A stretch of DNA of 64,000 nucleotides from Eledone cirrhosa (GCA_964016885.1 OZ024741.1:68696001-68760000), one strand, 5' to 3'. Positions 34,275 through 48,399 are shown, numbered from the stretch's first letter. Notes: generated by a model from the sequence alone, not told the origin. Program-made: numbers and translations.

Positions 34275-34791
34275 TATATTCATGTTGACGTAACACCACA
34301 GATTTATAAAGGATAGATATATTATTGATGTTTCTGGGTTGCCTTTCATAAAACCCTTTAGGATGAAGGAATATTGAATATAAACGACATAATTAAAAGC
34401 CGCTGGTGCCCTTTTTTCCTTCTGTGACTTTACCGCCTAAATCACTCTACGATATTGAAGGTTAAGACTGGTGTCTTAATGGAGATTAATATAGATGTGA
34501 CTTTAGCATTAATATTGGATTCTTATCTTTGCATCAGGACACGGTTGGTTGAATTAACTCCAGTATTATATAGATATTTCTTTATCAGTCGGAGATGAAT
34601 GTTAAGTAATGTAAAATCTGGAAAGATTTTGATTTTGTCTAAATTTAATACTCCCATATTGAAATATTCATTTTCTGTTTGTTTTTCTCTCACTCACTTC
34701 TTATGGCTATGACACCCCCCCCCCCCCACACCCCCACACCACACCACACCCCCCCCACACACACACACCCACCCACACACACACCCACACA

Positions 34792-34924
<133 letters not shown>

Positions 34925-34945
34925 GTTAATATTGTTAATATATAA

Positions 34946-35766
34946 ATTCAAATCCTACCGAGGTCAACCTTGCCTTTACGAGGTCCATAAAATAAGTACC
35001 AGTCAAGTACTGGGTTAATTTAATCGACTTGAGGCCCAAAATGTAATAGAAATTAGGCACAAACCCAACAGTTTTGGCTTTGTGCCTAAATTGGAAACGA
35101 TAATCAATATATGAACCAATAACAGTTTCTAACATAGGCACAATATCACGAACGTGTGCATGGTACGATGTAGCCGAAAATATATAGACCTCAATAATTA
35201 GCTGGTACTTTATCTTAACGACACCTGAAGGATCGAAGGCAAATTTGGTCACTGTAGGATTTGAACTCACAACCTTAAGTACCTTAACTAAATACGCTCT
35301 AACTATTTCGCTAATACACCGTCTGATATATTAATATTAATAATTGTTTCTACTTTTTGGTGCAAGGCCAGCAATTATCCCAGTGTATTACTGGTACTTT
35401 ATTTTATCGACCCCGTAAGGATGAAAGGCAAAGTTAACCTCGGCGGGATTTGAACTCAGTCCGTAAGGGGACGTAACTATGCTGCAAAGCATGACGTCCG
35501 ACCCTCTACCGATACTGCCAATCCACCGCCCTTTATTTTTATTAATAATGGTTTCTACTATAGACACAAGCCAAGTAACTTTGGGAGAGTGGAAAGTCGA
35601 TTAAATCGACCTCAGTGCATTACTGGTACTTTATTTTATCGACCCCGTAAGGATGAAAGGCAAAGCTAACCTCGGCGGAATTTGAAGAGAGAACGTAAAG
35701 AGCTGTAACTCTTTGCCACAAAGCATGGTGCCCGACGTCCTACCGATACTGCCAATCCACCGCCCT
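34946..35766. mobile_element. Cluster of four SINE copies (+ ~34946-35100; - ~35123-35275; - ~35344-35532; - ~35550-35765)
   Basis: Each shows the B box and GATAAAATAAAGTACCAG core or its reverse complement. Confidence 0.8.
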
Positions 35767-35961
35767 CTGTATAATAATAACACGGAACAATGTTGGTGGT
35801 CCAGTGTTAATAATTATGGTACCAACACGATGTGGTCTTTCCACGTGTTATACTTATATAAATTAACTAAATGACACTATATTACTATTCATCATATTCT
35901 AACGTATAATAACCACTGTGTTGATTCAATAGTTATTCATGCCTGATCATCAACCATATAC

Positions 35962-36065
35962 CTTCTTCTTCTTCTTCTTCTTCTTCTTCTTCTTCTTCTT
36001 CTTCTTCTTCTTCTTCTTCTTCTTCTTCTTCTTCTTCTTCTTCTTCTTCTTCTTCTTCTTCTTCT

Positions 36066-36112
<47 letters not shown>

Positions 36113-36179
36113 TTCTTCTTCTTCTTCTTCTTCTTCTTCTTCTTCTTCTTCTTCTTCTTCTTCTTCTTCTTCTTCTTCT

Positions 36180-36274
<95 letters not shown>

Positions 36275-36402
36275 TTCTTCTTCTTCTTCTTCTTCTTCTT
36301 CTTCTTCTACGTCGTCGTTGTCGTCGTCGTCGTCGTCGTCTTCTTCTTCTTCTTCTTCTTCTTCTTCTTCTTCTTCTTCTTCTTCTTCTTCTTCTTCTTC
36401 GT

Positions 36403-36433
<31 letters not shown>

Positions 36434-36566
36434 TTCTTCTTCTTCTTCTTCTTCTTCTTCTTCTTCTTCTTCTTCTTCTTCTTCTTCTTCTTCTTCTTTT
36501 TCTTCTTCGTCGTCGTCGTCGTCGTCGTCGTCGTCTTCTTCTTCTTCTTCTTCTTCTTCTTCTTCT
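35962..36566. repeat. ~600-bp compound (TCT)n/(TCG)n microsatellite, the expanded (GAA/GAC)n tail of an RTE element
   Basis: Directly visible; abuts the RTE 3' end. Confidence 0.95.
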
Positions 36567-36740
36567 TGAGAGGGTTGTGGGGGCAGAGTCCTCAAACACT
36601 CCTTCCAGTGGGTCCTTTCAGAAGCAACCGTCTCCAACTGATCCGGCTGGATCGCCAAACGTAACCAGCCAAGCTCATGGATGTTATCCAACCATCTTGC
36701 CCGGGGTCTACCCCTGGGTCTCCTGCCGGCTGGTTTTGCC
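36567..36740 (-). mobile_element. RTE-clade (Rex3/Expander-like) 3' end
   Basis: RRPRGRPRARWLDNIHELGWLRLAIQPDQLETVASERTHWKECLRTLPPQP matches the RTE C-terminal pattern. Confidence 0.75.
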
Positions 36741-37339
36741 GTAAATATATCATTATGTAAATTTCGTTCTGCTTATCAAACATAAATACATACATACGTA
36801 TATATGTATGTACACACACACACACTTGTGTATACGTTTGTGTGATTGTATACAAAGAGAAAGTGGTAGATGAGTGGGTACAGTGAATGCAGAATACAAC
36901 AGATTTAATTTTTCTGTTTAATCTATTAAAAAATTCCATCACTGACAGAAGGACAACAAAAGCCAAGCAAGTAATTATTGGCAACATTGAGTGAGAATGG
37001 GAGATAATTTGAAGAAATTAAGAATATATTCATGGTTAAATTAAAATGCATACGAGGACAATCAGATCTTTGTTTCAAGAATGAAAAAGAATCATGGATA
37101 TTTGTGGCCTTATCGATTTTGCCTCATCAGCATAGCATGATCTTTGCTCGTTTTCGATCCCTTTTAAACAATTCAATATACATATATAAATTTGTTATAT
37201 ACTTTATCAAGAGGGATTTCCATAATTTAATCTAACAGGAGCTGAGAAAAAACAAAGCAACTAGGAATAAACTAACAATACTCGTTAATAAATAATAGCC
37301 AGTTATGGTGTCGATACTCATAGAAGAATGATAGTAATA

Positions 37340-37766
37340 ACAGTTTCTACATTTGTCACAAGCAACAATTTGAAGGGAAGGAGAAAGTTTATTAAATCGA
37401 CCCCAGTGTGTACTTCATTTTATAGACCCTGTAAGGATGAATGGCAAAACTAACCTCGGCAGAATTTGAACTCAGAACGTAAAACCATGTTTTCCGAGGT
37501 TCTACTGAAACCGTGAATCCACCGAAGGGCGATAGTAATAATTGTTTCTTATATAGGCACAAGGCCAGCCATTTGGGGTGTGGTGGGGGTGGGTGGGTCG
37601 ATTAAATCGATCCCAGTGCGTGACTAGTACTTTATTTTATCGACCCCGTAAGGATGAAAGGCAAAGTTAACCTCGGCGGCATTTGATCTCAGATCATAAG
37701 GAGCCGTAACTCTATGCTGAAAAGCATGTTGTCCGACGCTCTACCGATACTGCCAATCCACCGCCC
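37340..37766 (-). mobile_element. Two tandem SINE copies (degenerate ~37340-37524; full 37543-37766 with 18-bp TSD)
   Basis: TSD AAGGG(C/T)GATAGTAATAAT at 37525-37542 and 37768-37785. Confidence 0.85.
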
Positions 37767-38089
37767 TAAGGGTGATAGTAATAATAACAGCTATGATGAT
37801 GATTATGATGATATTGTTGTTGTTGATGACGGTGTCGCTATTGCTCACGTCCAGGACTACCAACGTATCATCCGGGTCCAGGACTATCGCCCGTGTCTCG
37901 AGATCCACAGCTTTCCTAAACAGCACTGCAACTCCGCTCCCCTATTCCAGGCTACTAAGACTAAAGTTCATTTGGTCATTCCATGAACATTTCAGCCGAC
38001 CATCGTACATAATTAAACAAGCCAAAATGAAATCTCATCAAAAGATTTCTATCCCTTCATTGAACATTGCACGATCGTGTGCAAGCAGG

Positions 38090-38835
38090 TGACATTTCAG
38101 ACCCGCTTTTGTTTTGGAGGCACATTTACAGGTGTGACACAAGAACTGTTGTGTGTGTGTACATGCATTCTACTATGTCTGGTCAGCCCACCAGCTGACT
38201 TGCAAATTAAGCCATACTCACTGGAAATGTACTGTGGAAGGCAAGGCAATAGAACTATCTCACAAGAGGCTCGATTTCTCATTGGCTCATGTGACTTCAG
38301 ATAGTTGACAAATCCAGCTCTTGATAGAAGAAATCGGCTACATACGCTGAACCTCAATTTCTGCTGGATTTTTGCAAGCACTGCCATTGTGTCCCGCTTA
38401 CGGAGTGAACAATTCAAAGCAGCATGCTCCTCTCGCGTTTTCTCAGAGACATCAAATCCATACTTGATCATTTTGAATCATGTAGAGGCTTCCACCAATG
38501 TTTCCCCTAGTTCTTCAGAACCTTAATATTGTCTTTTATGACATCCCTAAACCACTTGTTTGGTTTATGCTGTGACCTTTATTCTGGTCAGCTCCCCATT
38601 CAATAAACTGTTTAGGCAGCCTTCCATCTTCCATCCTGACCACATGATCAACCCAAAGCATCTGGTTTATAATAATCCTCTTCTTAATACTGGTGATACC
38701 CGTTCCTCAAGTACAGCATCATCAGGTGTATAAGAGGATCACTTGATGTTCTGGATACATCGGATGCATTGCCGATGAAATCTTTCCAGCTGCTTGATGT
38801 GATGCCTGTAAGTTGTTCACGTTTCACATCAATGT
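38090..38835 (-). pseudogene. RTE-clade LINE 3' relic with C2H2 fingers
   Basis: HVVRMEDGRLPKQ; CSRFLLSRAGFVNYLKSH; CKSAGGLTRHSRMH. Confidence 0.7.
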
Positions 38836-38859
38836 AGAAAGGCGGCCGGAACACACATA

Positions 38860-38896
<37 letters not shown>

Positions 38897-39096
38897 ACAT
38901 ACACACGGACAGACAGACAGACACATACACTCACACACACACACACATAAACGCACGCACATACATACAGACAATACAGACAAACACACGCCCGTATGCA
39001 TTACACTTTATCTATCTATCTATATACCTATCTCTCTCTCTCTACACATATATATATATGTATGTATGTATGTATTATATATAAATAAATAAATAA

Positions 39097-39138
<42 letters not shown>

Positions 39139-39200
39139 GTTTATATATATATATGTTTATATATATATATGTTTGTTTATATATGTTTATATATATATAT

Positions 39201-39843
39201 GTTTGTTTACAAACAAACCGAGCATTATAATAAATGTTCGGTAAACCCATACGTACATATATATATGTGTGCATGTATGTATATATATACATACTACTGT
39301 ACGTCTGTATACATATATGTATGTACGTATACATACATACATACTTACATTTAAGTAACATCCGTACTAAGAGTGAGAAATGAAATTTCGTTTCATTCTT
39401 TTCCATTTATCGTTTTCCGTGCGCCCGGCCGACTAACTCACTCGATATGCAAATTAGGCTGCTCAGCCGTAAATATGCATAAGGAAAGTATATACTTTCA
39501 GATGTTCAACCATCTGACAGAAAGGTATACGATGCTGACGATAGCTAATAAGCTTGAAACTAGTACATCGTTCCTATGTCAGTGTTGAACAAAAAGGTGA
39601 CGATGGTTGCCTGAACACTGTACGGCGTAATTCGGGATGTTTGTTTACAAACAAACCGAGCATTATAATAAATGTCCGGTAAACCCATACGTACATATAT
39701 ATATATGTGTGCATGTATGTATATATATACATACAACTGTACGTCTGTATACATATATGTATGTACGTATACATACATACTTACATTTAAGTACCAATCG
39801 TACTAAGAGTGAGAAATGAAATTTCATTTCATTCTTTTCCACC
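39201..39843 (+). mobile_element. Retrozyme-like insertion, ~1.5 tandem units (period 438 bp), embedded in (TA)n
   Basis: Unit restarts at 39201/39639; ends at the same terminal hairpin as other copies. Confidence 0.85.
39529..39571 (+). ncRNA. Minimal type I hammerhead ribozyme (best-preserved copy)
   Basis: ACGATG-CTGACGA-TAGCT(AATA)AGCTT-GAAA-CTAG-TA^CATCGT; perfect 6-bp helix I; predicted cleavage after 39565. Confidence 0.85.
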
Positions 39844-39914
<71 letters not shown>

Positions 39915-40178
39915 TCTATGTGTGTTAGTTAAGTCCCCTAAAACCCCATTAGTAAGTGTATGTAAAATAAATCCCGTCTTTGCACTTATAAACTCGCATA
40001 TCTGCCCAGATGTCGAAAAAGAGTCGGGCCCCGTAATTTTGATTGTACCATGAGCTGATCGATATTGAAACAATTGTAATATGCCAATAAAGTTTGTACA
40101 TATGCTGCAACACTGACTTCGCTTCTACATAATCTCTTTCTCTCTCTCTCTGTCTCTTTCTCTCTCTCCCCCCCCCCT

Positions 40179-40209
<31 letters not shown>

Positions 40210-40306
40210 AAACAAAGAGAGTTTTAATATTGAATGATTTTGTGATAAACAGGCAAAACTATAGAGTAACAAGACTCATGTTTTAGCCTTCATAATATTG
40301 AATATA

Positions 40307-40344
<38 letters not shown>

Positions 40345-40347
<3 letters not shown>

Positions 40348-41410
40348 TGTCAGTCTCAAGAAAACCGTCGTCATGTACCAACCTGACCCTGGTAAGCAGT
40401 ACACTGAACCAAATATCTATGTGTATGGTAAACGACTTGAAGTGGTTGATCAGTTTGTCTACCTGGAAGCACTGCCAATCGATACAGCAACCTTGATAGT
40501 GAAATCTCACTTAGGATTAGGAAAGTTAGTGATGCTTTCGGAAAGCTAGAAAGCGACTTTGGGGTCGGCGAGACATATGCAGGAGGACAAAGGTAAAGGT
40601 GTTCAAGGCATGTGTGCTCTCTTGTCTTCTTTATGCCTGCGAGACCTGGGTCACATATCGACACCACCTTAAGCAATTGGAGCGTTTCCATCAGATGTGT
40701 CTCAGACGGATCCATGGCGTTCACTGGAGGGATCACATCAGTGATGTCGAGATTTTGGAAAGCTCTATGTGTGACAGTATAGAAGCTCTTATGCCTAAGC
40801 AACGACTCCGTTGGAGCTTGCCAGGATGAAGGATTCTAGAATACCAAAACAACTCTTTTATGGAGAGTTAGTTAAAGGAAAACGACCGCCACATAAACCA
40901 AAAAAGAGGTATAAGGATTCCTTGAAAGCCTCTTTGAAAGACGCTAACATCTCTGCTGATACATGGGAAAATATTGCTGTTGATCGTAATAAATGGAGAA
41001 ATACTGTATATGAGGGAAAAGTTGCCTTTGAGGCATCTCGAATCGCATACGAGAAAGTAAAGCGGGATGTGAGGAAGGGCATTGCTGTTGCACTTCCAGA
41101 CGGCGAGGGTCCTCCTATGGTGCTGATATGCAGCGTCTGTGCGAGACTCTGCCTAAGCACAGCTGGACTCGAAAGTCATCTTCGCAGTCATAAAGTAAGA
41201 CCAGTGGTTGACTACCAGGTTGCTGTTGGAGATGCTACTCATCATGCTTGCCAAGCATGTGGTAGAGAATGTAAATCAGCAGGAGATCTCAAGCGACATG
41301 CAAAAGTACATGAACTCCAACCACAGCCGGCTATTCCCAGTGAATGTTTTGGTTGCCGACTCTGTGCAAGACATTTTAGATCATTGGCTAAAGAGCCACA
41401 TTCGATCGTA
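40345..41410 (+). pseudogene. RTE-clade LINE 3' portion (thumb region plus three C2H2 fingers), frameshifted
   Basis: LLYACETWVTYRHHLKQLERFHQMCLRRI; RMKDSRIPKQLFYGEL..KKRYKDSLK..WENIAVDRNKWR; CSVC..HLRSH, CQAC..HAKVH. Confidence 0.88.
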
Positions 41411-41528
41411 GCGCTGTTAGTTGCTATCGTGTGTGTGTGTGTATAGATATGTTTATGTATATTATTATTGTTGTTGTTGTCGTTATTATTATTGTTGTTA
41501 TTATTATTATTATTATTATTGTTATTAA

Positions 41529-41713
41529 GGGCGGTGGATTGGCAGTATCAGTAGAGGGTCGAACGCCATGCTTTCCAGCATAGTTACGTCCCTTTACGAT
41601 CTGAGTTCAAATCCCGCCGAGGTTGACTTTGCCTTTCATCCTTACGGGGTTGATAAAATAAAGTACCAATAATGCACTGGGTAATTGCTGGCATTGTGCC
41701 TAAAGTAGAAACA
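41529..41713 (+). mobile_element. tRNA-derived SINE inside an (ATT/GTT)n tract
   Basis: Full-length copy with (ATT)n on both sides. Confidence 0.9.
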
Positions 41714-41918
41714 ATTATTATTATTGTTATTAATATGTGTATGTATATGTATGTGTATGTATATGTATATATATATTTATGTATGTGTGTATATATATAT
41801 ATATATATTTTATTTTTTATTTTTATTTATTTTTTTTTTTTTAAATTTTTTTTTTTATTATTTTTTTTTTTTTTTTTTTTTTTCTCGTGCAATGGCAATA
41901 CTCGATAACGAGGGGGCA

Positions 41919-41984
<66 letters not shown>

Positions 41985-42028
41985 CGACTTCACAAAACTT
42001 GCGTTTACCGAATTCGTAGACCAGACCC

Positions 42029-42138
42029 CTTCTTCTTCTTCTTCTTCTTCTTCTTCTTCTTCTTCTTCTTCTTCTTCTTCTTCTTCTTCTTCTTCTTCTT
42101 CTTCTTCTTCTTCTTCTTCTTCTTCTTCTTCTTCTTCC
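42029..42138. repeat. (CTT)n microsatellite
   Basis: Directly visible. Confidence 0.97.
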
Positions 42139-42494
42139 TCTTCTCTCCTTTCTCTCTCTCTCCCCCCCCCCCGTCAAACTTGGGCGAAATTCTTTCCTTG
42201 CTCACATTTCAACCAGGTTTGATGGTCTTTTGTCTCTTGTTCACGATTTCACAGAGTTTATATTCATAGAGATCTGGGACTTGTCTATTTCTACTCACTT
42301 TCCGTTGCTTAAACTTTTTTGTTGTTACTCTAGCGTCCCCTTTGTTTACGTGTCCCAACGACTTTTTTTAGCCGTTGTTCGCACCAACCTGAGGCATATG
42401 GCCCTTAAAGCGATGAAATGCCGAGGACGGTTGGAGGGTCACTGATGAAGGACTCACTTTTTCATATATATATAAATATATATATGTATATATG

Positions 42495-42607
<113 letters not shown>

Positions 42608-42637
42608 TATATATATACATACATATATATATATATA

Positions 42638-42823
<186 letters not shown>

Positions 42824-43264
42824 ATACATTAACAGAGAAAGCTTTAAGCTATGCTCTGACTGGCTTCCATCTCACTCAACAAACATTAGGATATACCTTA
42901 GTATAATCCCAATTTTACGTTTGGGGTGCTAACTATATGTATTTTGCGGAAACCCAGTTGTATTATTTTATATGAGACATAATTAAAATATATATATATA
43001 TATATATTCATATACATATATATATATTTTTGTTTGACCTGTTTAGCTTGCTTCGTTTTTTTGGCTTAGGTGGCTGATGGCTTCTTGACCGCCATTGTCA
43101 GTTTGTTTGGCCTCTATAACCTATGTTTATTGCTCTGGTGTTTTTTTTAGTCCATGGAGTGCTTGCCGCATAACTCGGAAATTGCGTATTGCTTTGTTTT
43201 CGACCACCACCGAAATTCGATCTCGCTGAAATTATATTTGTATATATATATATATATATATATA

Positions 43265-44448
43265 GGAAAATGTATGACCCCGACAGCAGAGCTCAAGCCG
43301 TTTTGACGGCTATTTCTGGATTAAATTAAAAATTTTAGCGTGGTAAATAAATAGCCGAACTTTTTAAGGGGTAATTCCTTATATGGGAAGATTGTAGCTA
43401 CCAAGAGGATTGGTCAACATTTCTTGTAAACATTAAGTCTATCATGGCAGTGGGTGGGAGGTGGGGTGGGGGAGGAAACATTACAAATGCTGTTTACGAA
43501 GGACCAACTCCTAAACAAAAAAAAAGACGAACTTGTAACTGCATGCAAACACCGATTGCGTAGGACCTACCTCGCCCTCAAACCCCCTAATGACCCGGGT
43601 CGATAGATAATGGCTGCAACATCCTCCTTTTCCCCACTAGCCGAACAAGATAGGGGAAACCCCAGCTAACATAGGTAGATGTACCTCTTTTCTTTTCCTT
43701 TCTATTTTCTTCCACTCCCTATCCTCTACCTTTTCCTTTTTCCCCTTTCGCCTACCCCGAGGCAGCCCATCGTGCCTTTGTAGCCTCAGTACCCCACCCC
43801 AGTAAATTATAGATAGCATTGGCCGAAAACGCAATACCAACTAATTATAGCAGCTGTTTTAGACCCCGGAGATTTTGTATTACTTTTTACTACCCAATTC
43901 TATAATTTCATGAATTTTTTATTTAGTATCTTCTATTCTCAACTTATTAACCTATTCTATAGCATTGTCCGAAAACGCAATACCAACTAAATATAGCAGC
44001 TGTTTTAGACTCTACATATTTTTTATCACTTCTTACTATCCAATTTTATATTTTTATATATTTTTTTCTTATTTATTTATTATCTTCGAATCTCAATTGA
44101 TTTACCTATTCTACAACGTCCTTTTTCGCTTGCTTCCTCTGGCCTAGTTTCATACACAAGCCTTAGAATTTGTTGTATAGAATTCACTTTCAACGCTTGA
44201 CCGGCTCCACCCACTCCCTCATTGTTCTACAAGCAATTCCAGCCACCCCCACCCCCACCCACTGCCATGATAGACTTAATTGTGTGTACAAGAATTTTGA
44301 CCAATCCTCTTGACAACTACAATCTTCCCATATAAGGAATTACCCTTTGAAAAGTTCGGCTATTTATTTACCACGCTAAAATTCTAATTTAGTCCAGAAA
44401 TAGCCGTCGAAACGGCTTGAGCTCTGCCGTCGGGTTCATACATTTTCC
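43265..44448. mobile_element. Non-autonomous DNA transposon/MITE with ~205-bp TIRs, TA flanks
   Basis: TA-GGAAAATGTATGACCCCGACAGCAGAGCTCAAGCCG... mirrored at 44243-44450. Confidence 0.8.
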
Positions 44449-44527
44449 TATTACCCACTCTACTATCCTAAGTATTGAGTACTCTGGTGAATTATGGTCC
44501 ATCTGGCTCCTTACCACAACTCCTTCG

Positions 44528-47500
44528 TTGTCAGTTAACTCTTCCTCACACTTTCACTCACTCACTGTTTCTCTTCTCTTCATTTCATCCTGTACACCAC
44601 GAAGGCTATTTTTCTCTCTTCTCACATGGCCAGATTTCGTGTCAGGTCTGTTTTCTAAAAGCTCCTATATTCACCTAGCTTATGCTAAACAGAATAATTT
44701 TGAAGCTTGTTTCTTTCCTCTACGGTTAGCTATACTCTGTGTTGTTCTCCTGTCTCACTCGCTTTACGCGTTTCAATTGTCCTAATAACTTAAATTGGTT
44801 ATTATTGCACCGACGTGAGGTATATGATTTTTAATGCAATGAAATATCGATGATCGTCGGCAAATCACTGATGAGGGACTTATTTTATTACATGTTACCC
44901 ATGTGCTACCTGCAGTATTTTTCTCTATATTTTAATACATATATTTACCACTGCGATTCTGTGTTTTTTCTCTCTCTCTTACTGTTCCCCCATTCTCTCT
45001 GTTTCTCCCCCTCTGTCTTGTCCGTTAACTCTTCCTCACACTTTCACTCACTCACTGTTTTTCTCTCTCTTCTCTTCATTTCATCCTGCACTCACGAACG
45101 CTATTTTTTCTCTCTCTGCTCATAGCCCTCGTTCGTGTAGGTTCTATTCTCTAAGCGCTCATATATTCACCTAGCTTACGCTAAACAGAATAATTTTTGA
45201 AGCTTGTTTCTCCCCTACGGTATGCTATATTTTCTGTTGTTCTCCTGTCTCACTCGCTTTACGCGTTTTAATTGTCCTAATAACTTATTTTGGTTATTGT
45301 TGCACCGAAGTGAGATATATGATTTTTAATGCAATGAAATATCTATGATCTTCGGCAAATCACTGATGAGGGACTTATTTTATTACATGTTACCCATGTG
45401 CTACCTGCAGTATTTTTCTCTATATTTTAATACATATATTTACCACTGCGATTCTGTGTTTTTTCTCTCTCTCTTACTGTTCCCCCATTCTCTCTGTTTC
45501 TCCCCCTCTGTCTTGTCCGTTAACTCTTCCTCACACTTTCACTCACTCACTGTTTTTCTCTCTCTTCTCTTCATTTCATCCTGCACTCACGAACGCTATT
45601 TTTTCTCTCTCTGCTCATAGCCCTCGTTCGTGTAGGTTCTATTCTCTAAGCGCTCATATATTCACCTAGCTTACGCTAAACAGAATAATTTTTGAAGCTT
45701 GTTTCTCCCCTACGGTATGCTATATTTTCTGTTGTTCTCCTGTCTCACTCGCTTTACGCGTTTTAATTGTCCTAATAACTTATTTTGGTTATTATTGCAC
45801 CGAAGTGAGATATATGATTTTTAATGCAATGAAATATCTATGATCTTCGGCAAATCACTGATGAGGGACTTATTTTATTACATGTTACCCATGTGCTACC
45901 TGCAGTATTTTTCTCTATATTTTAATACATATATTTACCACTGCGATTCTGTGTTTTTTCTCTCTCTCTTACTGTTCCCCCATTCTCTCTGTTTCTCCCC
46001 CTCTGTCTTGTCCGTTAACTCTTCCTCACACTTTCACTCACTCACTGTTTTTCTCTCTCTTCTCTTCATTTCATCCTGCACTTACGAACGCTATTTTGCT
46101 CTCTCTGCTCATAGCCCTCGTTCGTGTAGGTTCTATTCTCTAAGCGCTCATATATTCACCTAGCTTACGCTAAACAGAATAATTTTTGAAGCTTGTTTCT
46201 CCCCTACGGTATGCTATATTTTCTGTTGTTCTCCTGTCTCACTCGCTTTACGCGTTTTAATTGTCCTAATAACTTATTTTGGTTATTATTGCACCGAAGT
46301 GAGATATATGATTTTTAATGCAATGAAATATCTATGATCTTCGGCAAATCACTGACGAGGGACTTATTTTATTACATGTTACCCCTGTGCTACCTGCAGT
46401 ATTTTTCTCTATATTTTAATACATATATTTACCACTGAGATTCTGTGTTTTTTCTCTCTCTCTTACTGTTCCCCCATTCTCTCTGTTTCTCCCCCTCTGT
46501 CTTGTCCGTTAACTCTTCCTCACACTTTCACTCACTCACTGTTTTTCTCTCTCTTCTCTTCATTTCATCCTGCACTCACGAACGCTATTTTTTCTCTCTC
46601 TGCTCATAGCCCTCGTTCGTGTAGGTTCTATTCTCTAAGCGCTCATATATTCACCTAGCTTACGCTAAACAGAATAATTTTTGAAGCTTGTTTCTCCCCT
46701 ACGGTATGCTATATTTTCTGTTGTTCTCCTGTCTCACTCGCTTTACGCGTTTTAATTGTCCTAATAACTTATTTTGGTTATTATTGCACCGAAGTGAGAT
46801 ATATGATTTTTAATGCAATGAAATATCTATGATCTTCGGCAAATCACTGATGAGGGACTTATTTTATTACATGTTACCCATGTGCTACCTGCAGTATTTT
46901 TCTCTATATTTTAATACATATATTTACCACTGCGATTCTGTGTTTTTTCTCTCTCTCTTACTGTTCCCCCATTCTCTCTGTTTCTCCCCCTCTGTCTTGT
47001 CCGTTAACTCTTCCTCACACTTTCACTCACTCACTGTTTTTCTCTCTCTTCTCTTCATTTCATCCTGCACTTACGAACGCTATTTTGCTCTCTCTGCTCA
47101 TAGCCCTCGTTCGTGTAGGTTCTATTCTCTAAGCGCTCATATATTCACCTAGCTTACGCTAAACAGAATAATTTTTGAAGCTTGTTTCTCCCCTACGGTA
47201 TGCTATATTTTCTGTTGTTCTCCTGTCTCACTCGCTTTACGCGTTTTAATTGTCCTAATAACTTATTTTGGTTATTATTGCACCGAAGTGAGATATATGA
47301 TTTTTAATGCAATGAAATATCTATGATCTTCGGCAAATCACTGACGAGGGACTTATTTTATTACATGTTACCCCTGTGCTACCTGCAGTATTTTTCTCTA
47401 TATTTTAATACATATATTTACCACTGAGATTCTGTGTTTTTTCTCTCTCTCTTACTGTTCCCCCATTCTCTCTGTTTCTCCCCCTCTGTCTTGTCCGTTA

Positions 47501-48391
47501 ACTCTTCCTCACACTTTCACTCACTCACTGTTTTTCTCTCTCTTCTCTTCATTTCATCCTGCACTCACGAACGCTATTTTTTCTCTCTCTGCTCATAGCC
47601 CTCGTTCGTGTAGGTTCTATTCTCTAAGCGCTCATATATTCACCTAGCTTACGCTAAACAGAATAATTTTTGAAGCTTGTTTCTCCCCTACGGTATGCTA
47701 TATTTTCTGTTGTTCTCCTGTCTCACTCGCTTTACGCGTTTTAATTGTCCTAATAACTTATTTTGGTTATTATTGCACCGAAGTGAGATATATGATTTTT
47801 AATGCAATGAAATATCTATGATCTTCGGCAAATCACTGATGAGGGACTTATTTTATTACATGTTACCCATGTGCTACCTGCAGTATTTTTCTCTATATTT
47901 TAATACATATATTTACCACTGCGATTCTGTGTTTTTTCTCTCTCTCTTACTGTTCCCCCATTCTCTCTGTTTCTCCCCCTCTGTCTTGTCCGTTAACTCT
48001 TCCTCACACTTTCACTCACTCACTGTTTTTCTCTCTCTTCTCTTCATTTCATCCTGCACTTACGAACGCTATTTTGCTCTCTCTGCTCATAGCCCTCGTT
48101 CGTGTAGGTTCTATTCTCTAAGCGCTCATATATTCACCTAGCTTACGCTAAACAGAATAATTTTTGAAGCTTGTTTCTCCCCTACGGTATGCTATATTTT
48201 CTGTTGTTCTCCTGTCTCACTCGCTTTACGCGTTTTAATTGTCCTAATAACTTATTTTGGTTATTGTTGCACCGAAGTGAGATATATGATTTTTAATGCA
48301 ATGAAATATCTATGATCTTCGGCAAATCACTGATGAGGGACTTATTTTATTACATGTTACCCATGTGCTACCTGCAGTATTTTTCTCTATA

Positions 48392-48399
<8 letters not shown>
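44528..48399. repeat. Tandem array of a 494-495-bp unit (~7.8 copies) with a 989-bp dimeric higher-order repeat
   Basis: GTTAACTC anchor at 44534, 45024, 45519, 46014, 46508, 47003, 47497, 47992. Confidence 0.95.

Noticed and set aside
35933-36691. 252-aa acidic ORF and overlapping poly-R and poly-F/V ORFs as host genes
   Set aside because: Translations of a trinucleotide microsatellite attached to an RTE 3' end.
45325-45385. Hammerhead-like GAAA..TA-TGAT..ATCA-CTGA(T/C)GA in every 495-bp satellite unit
   Set aside because: No credible helix II can be formed in either permutation, and unit 1 lacks the UH site; treated as chance.
44850-48141. Repeated 91/107-aa ORFs in the satellite
   Set aside because: Low-complexity pyrimidine-rich translations; frame and length change between units; no recognisable domain.
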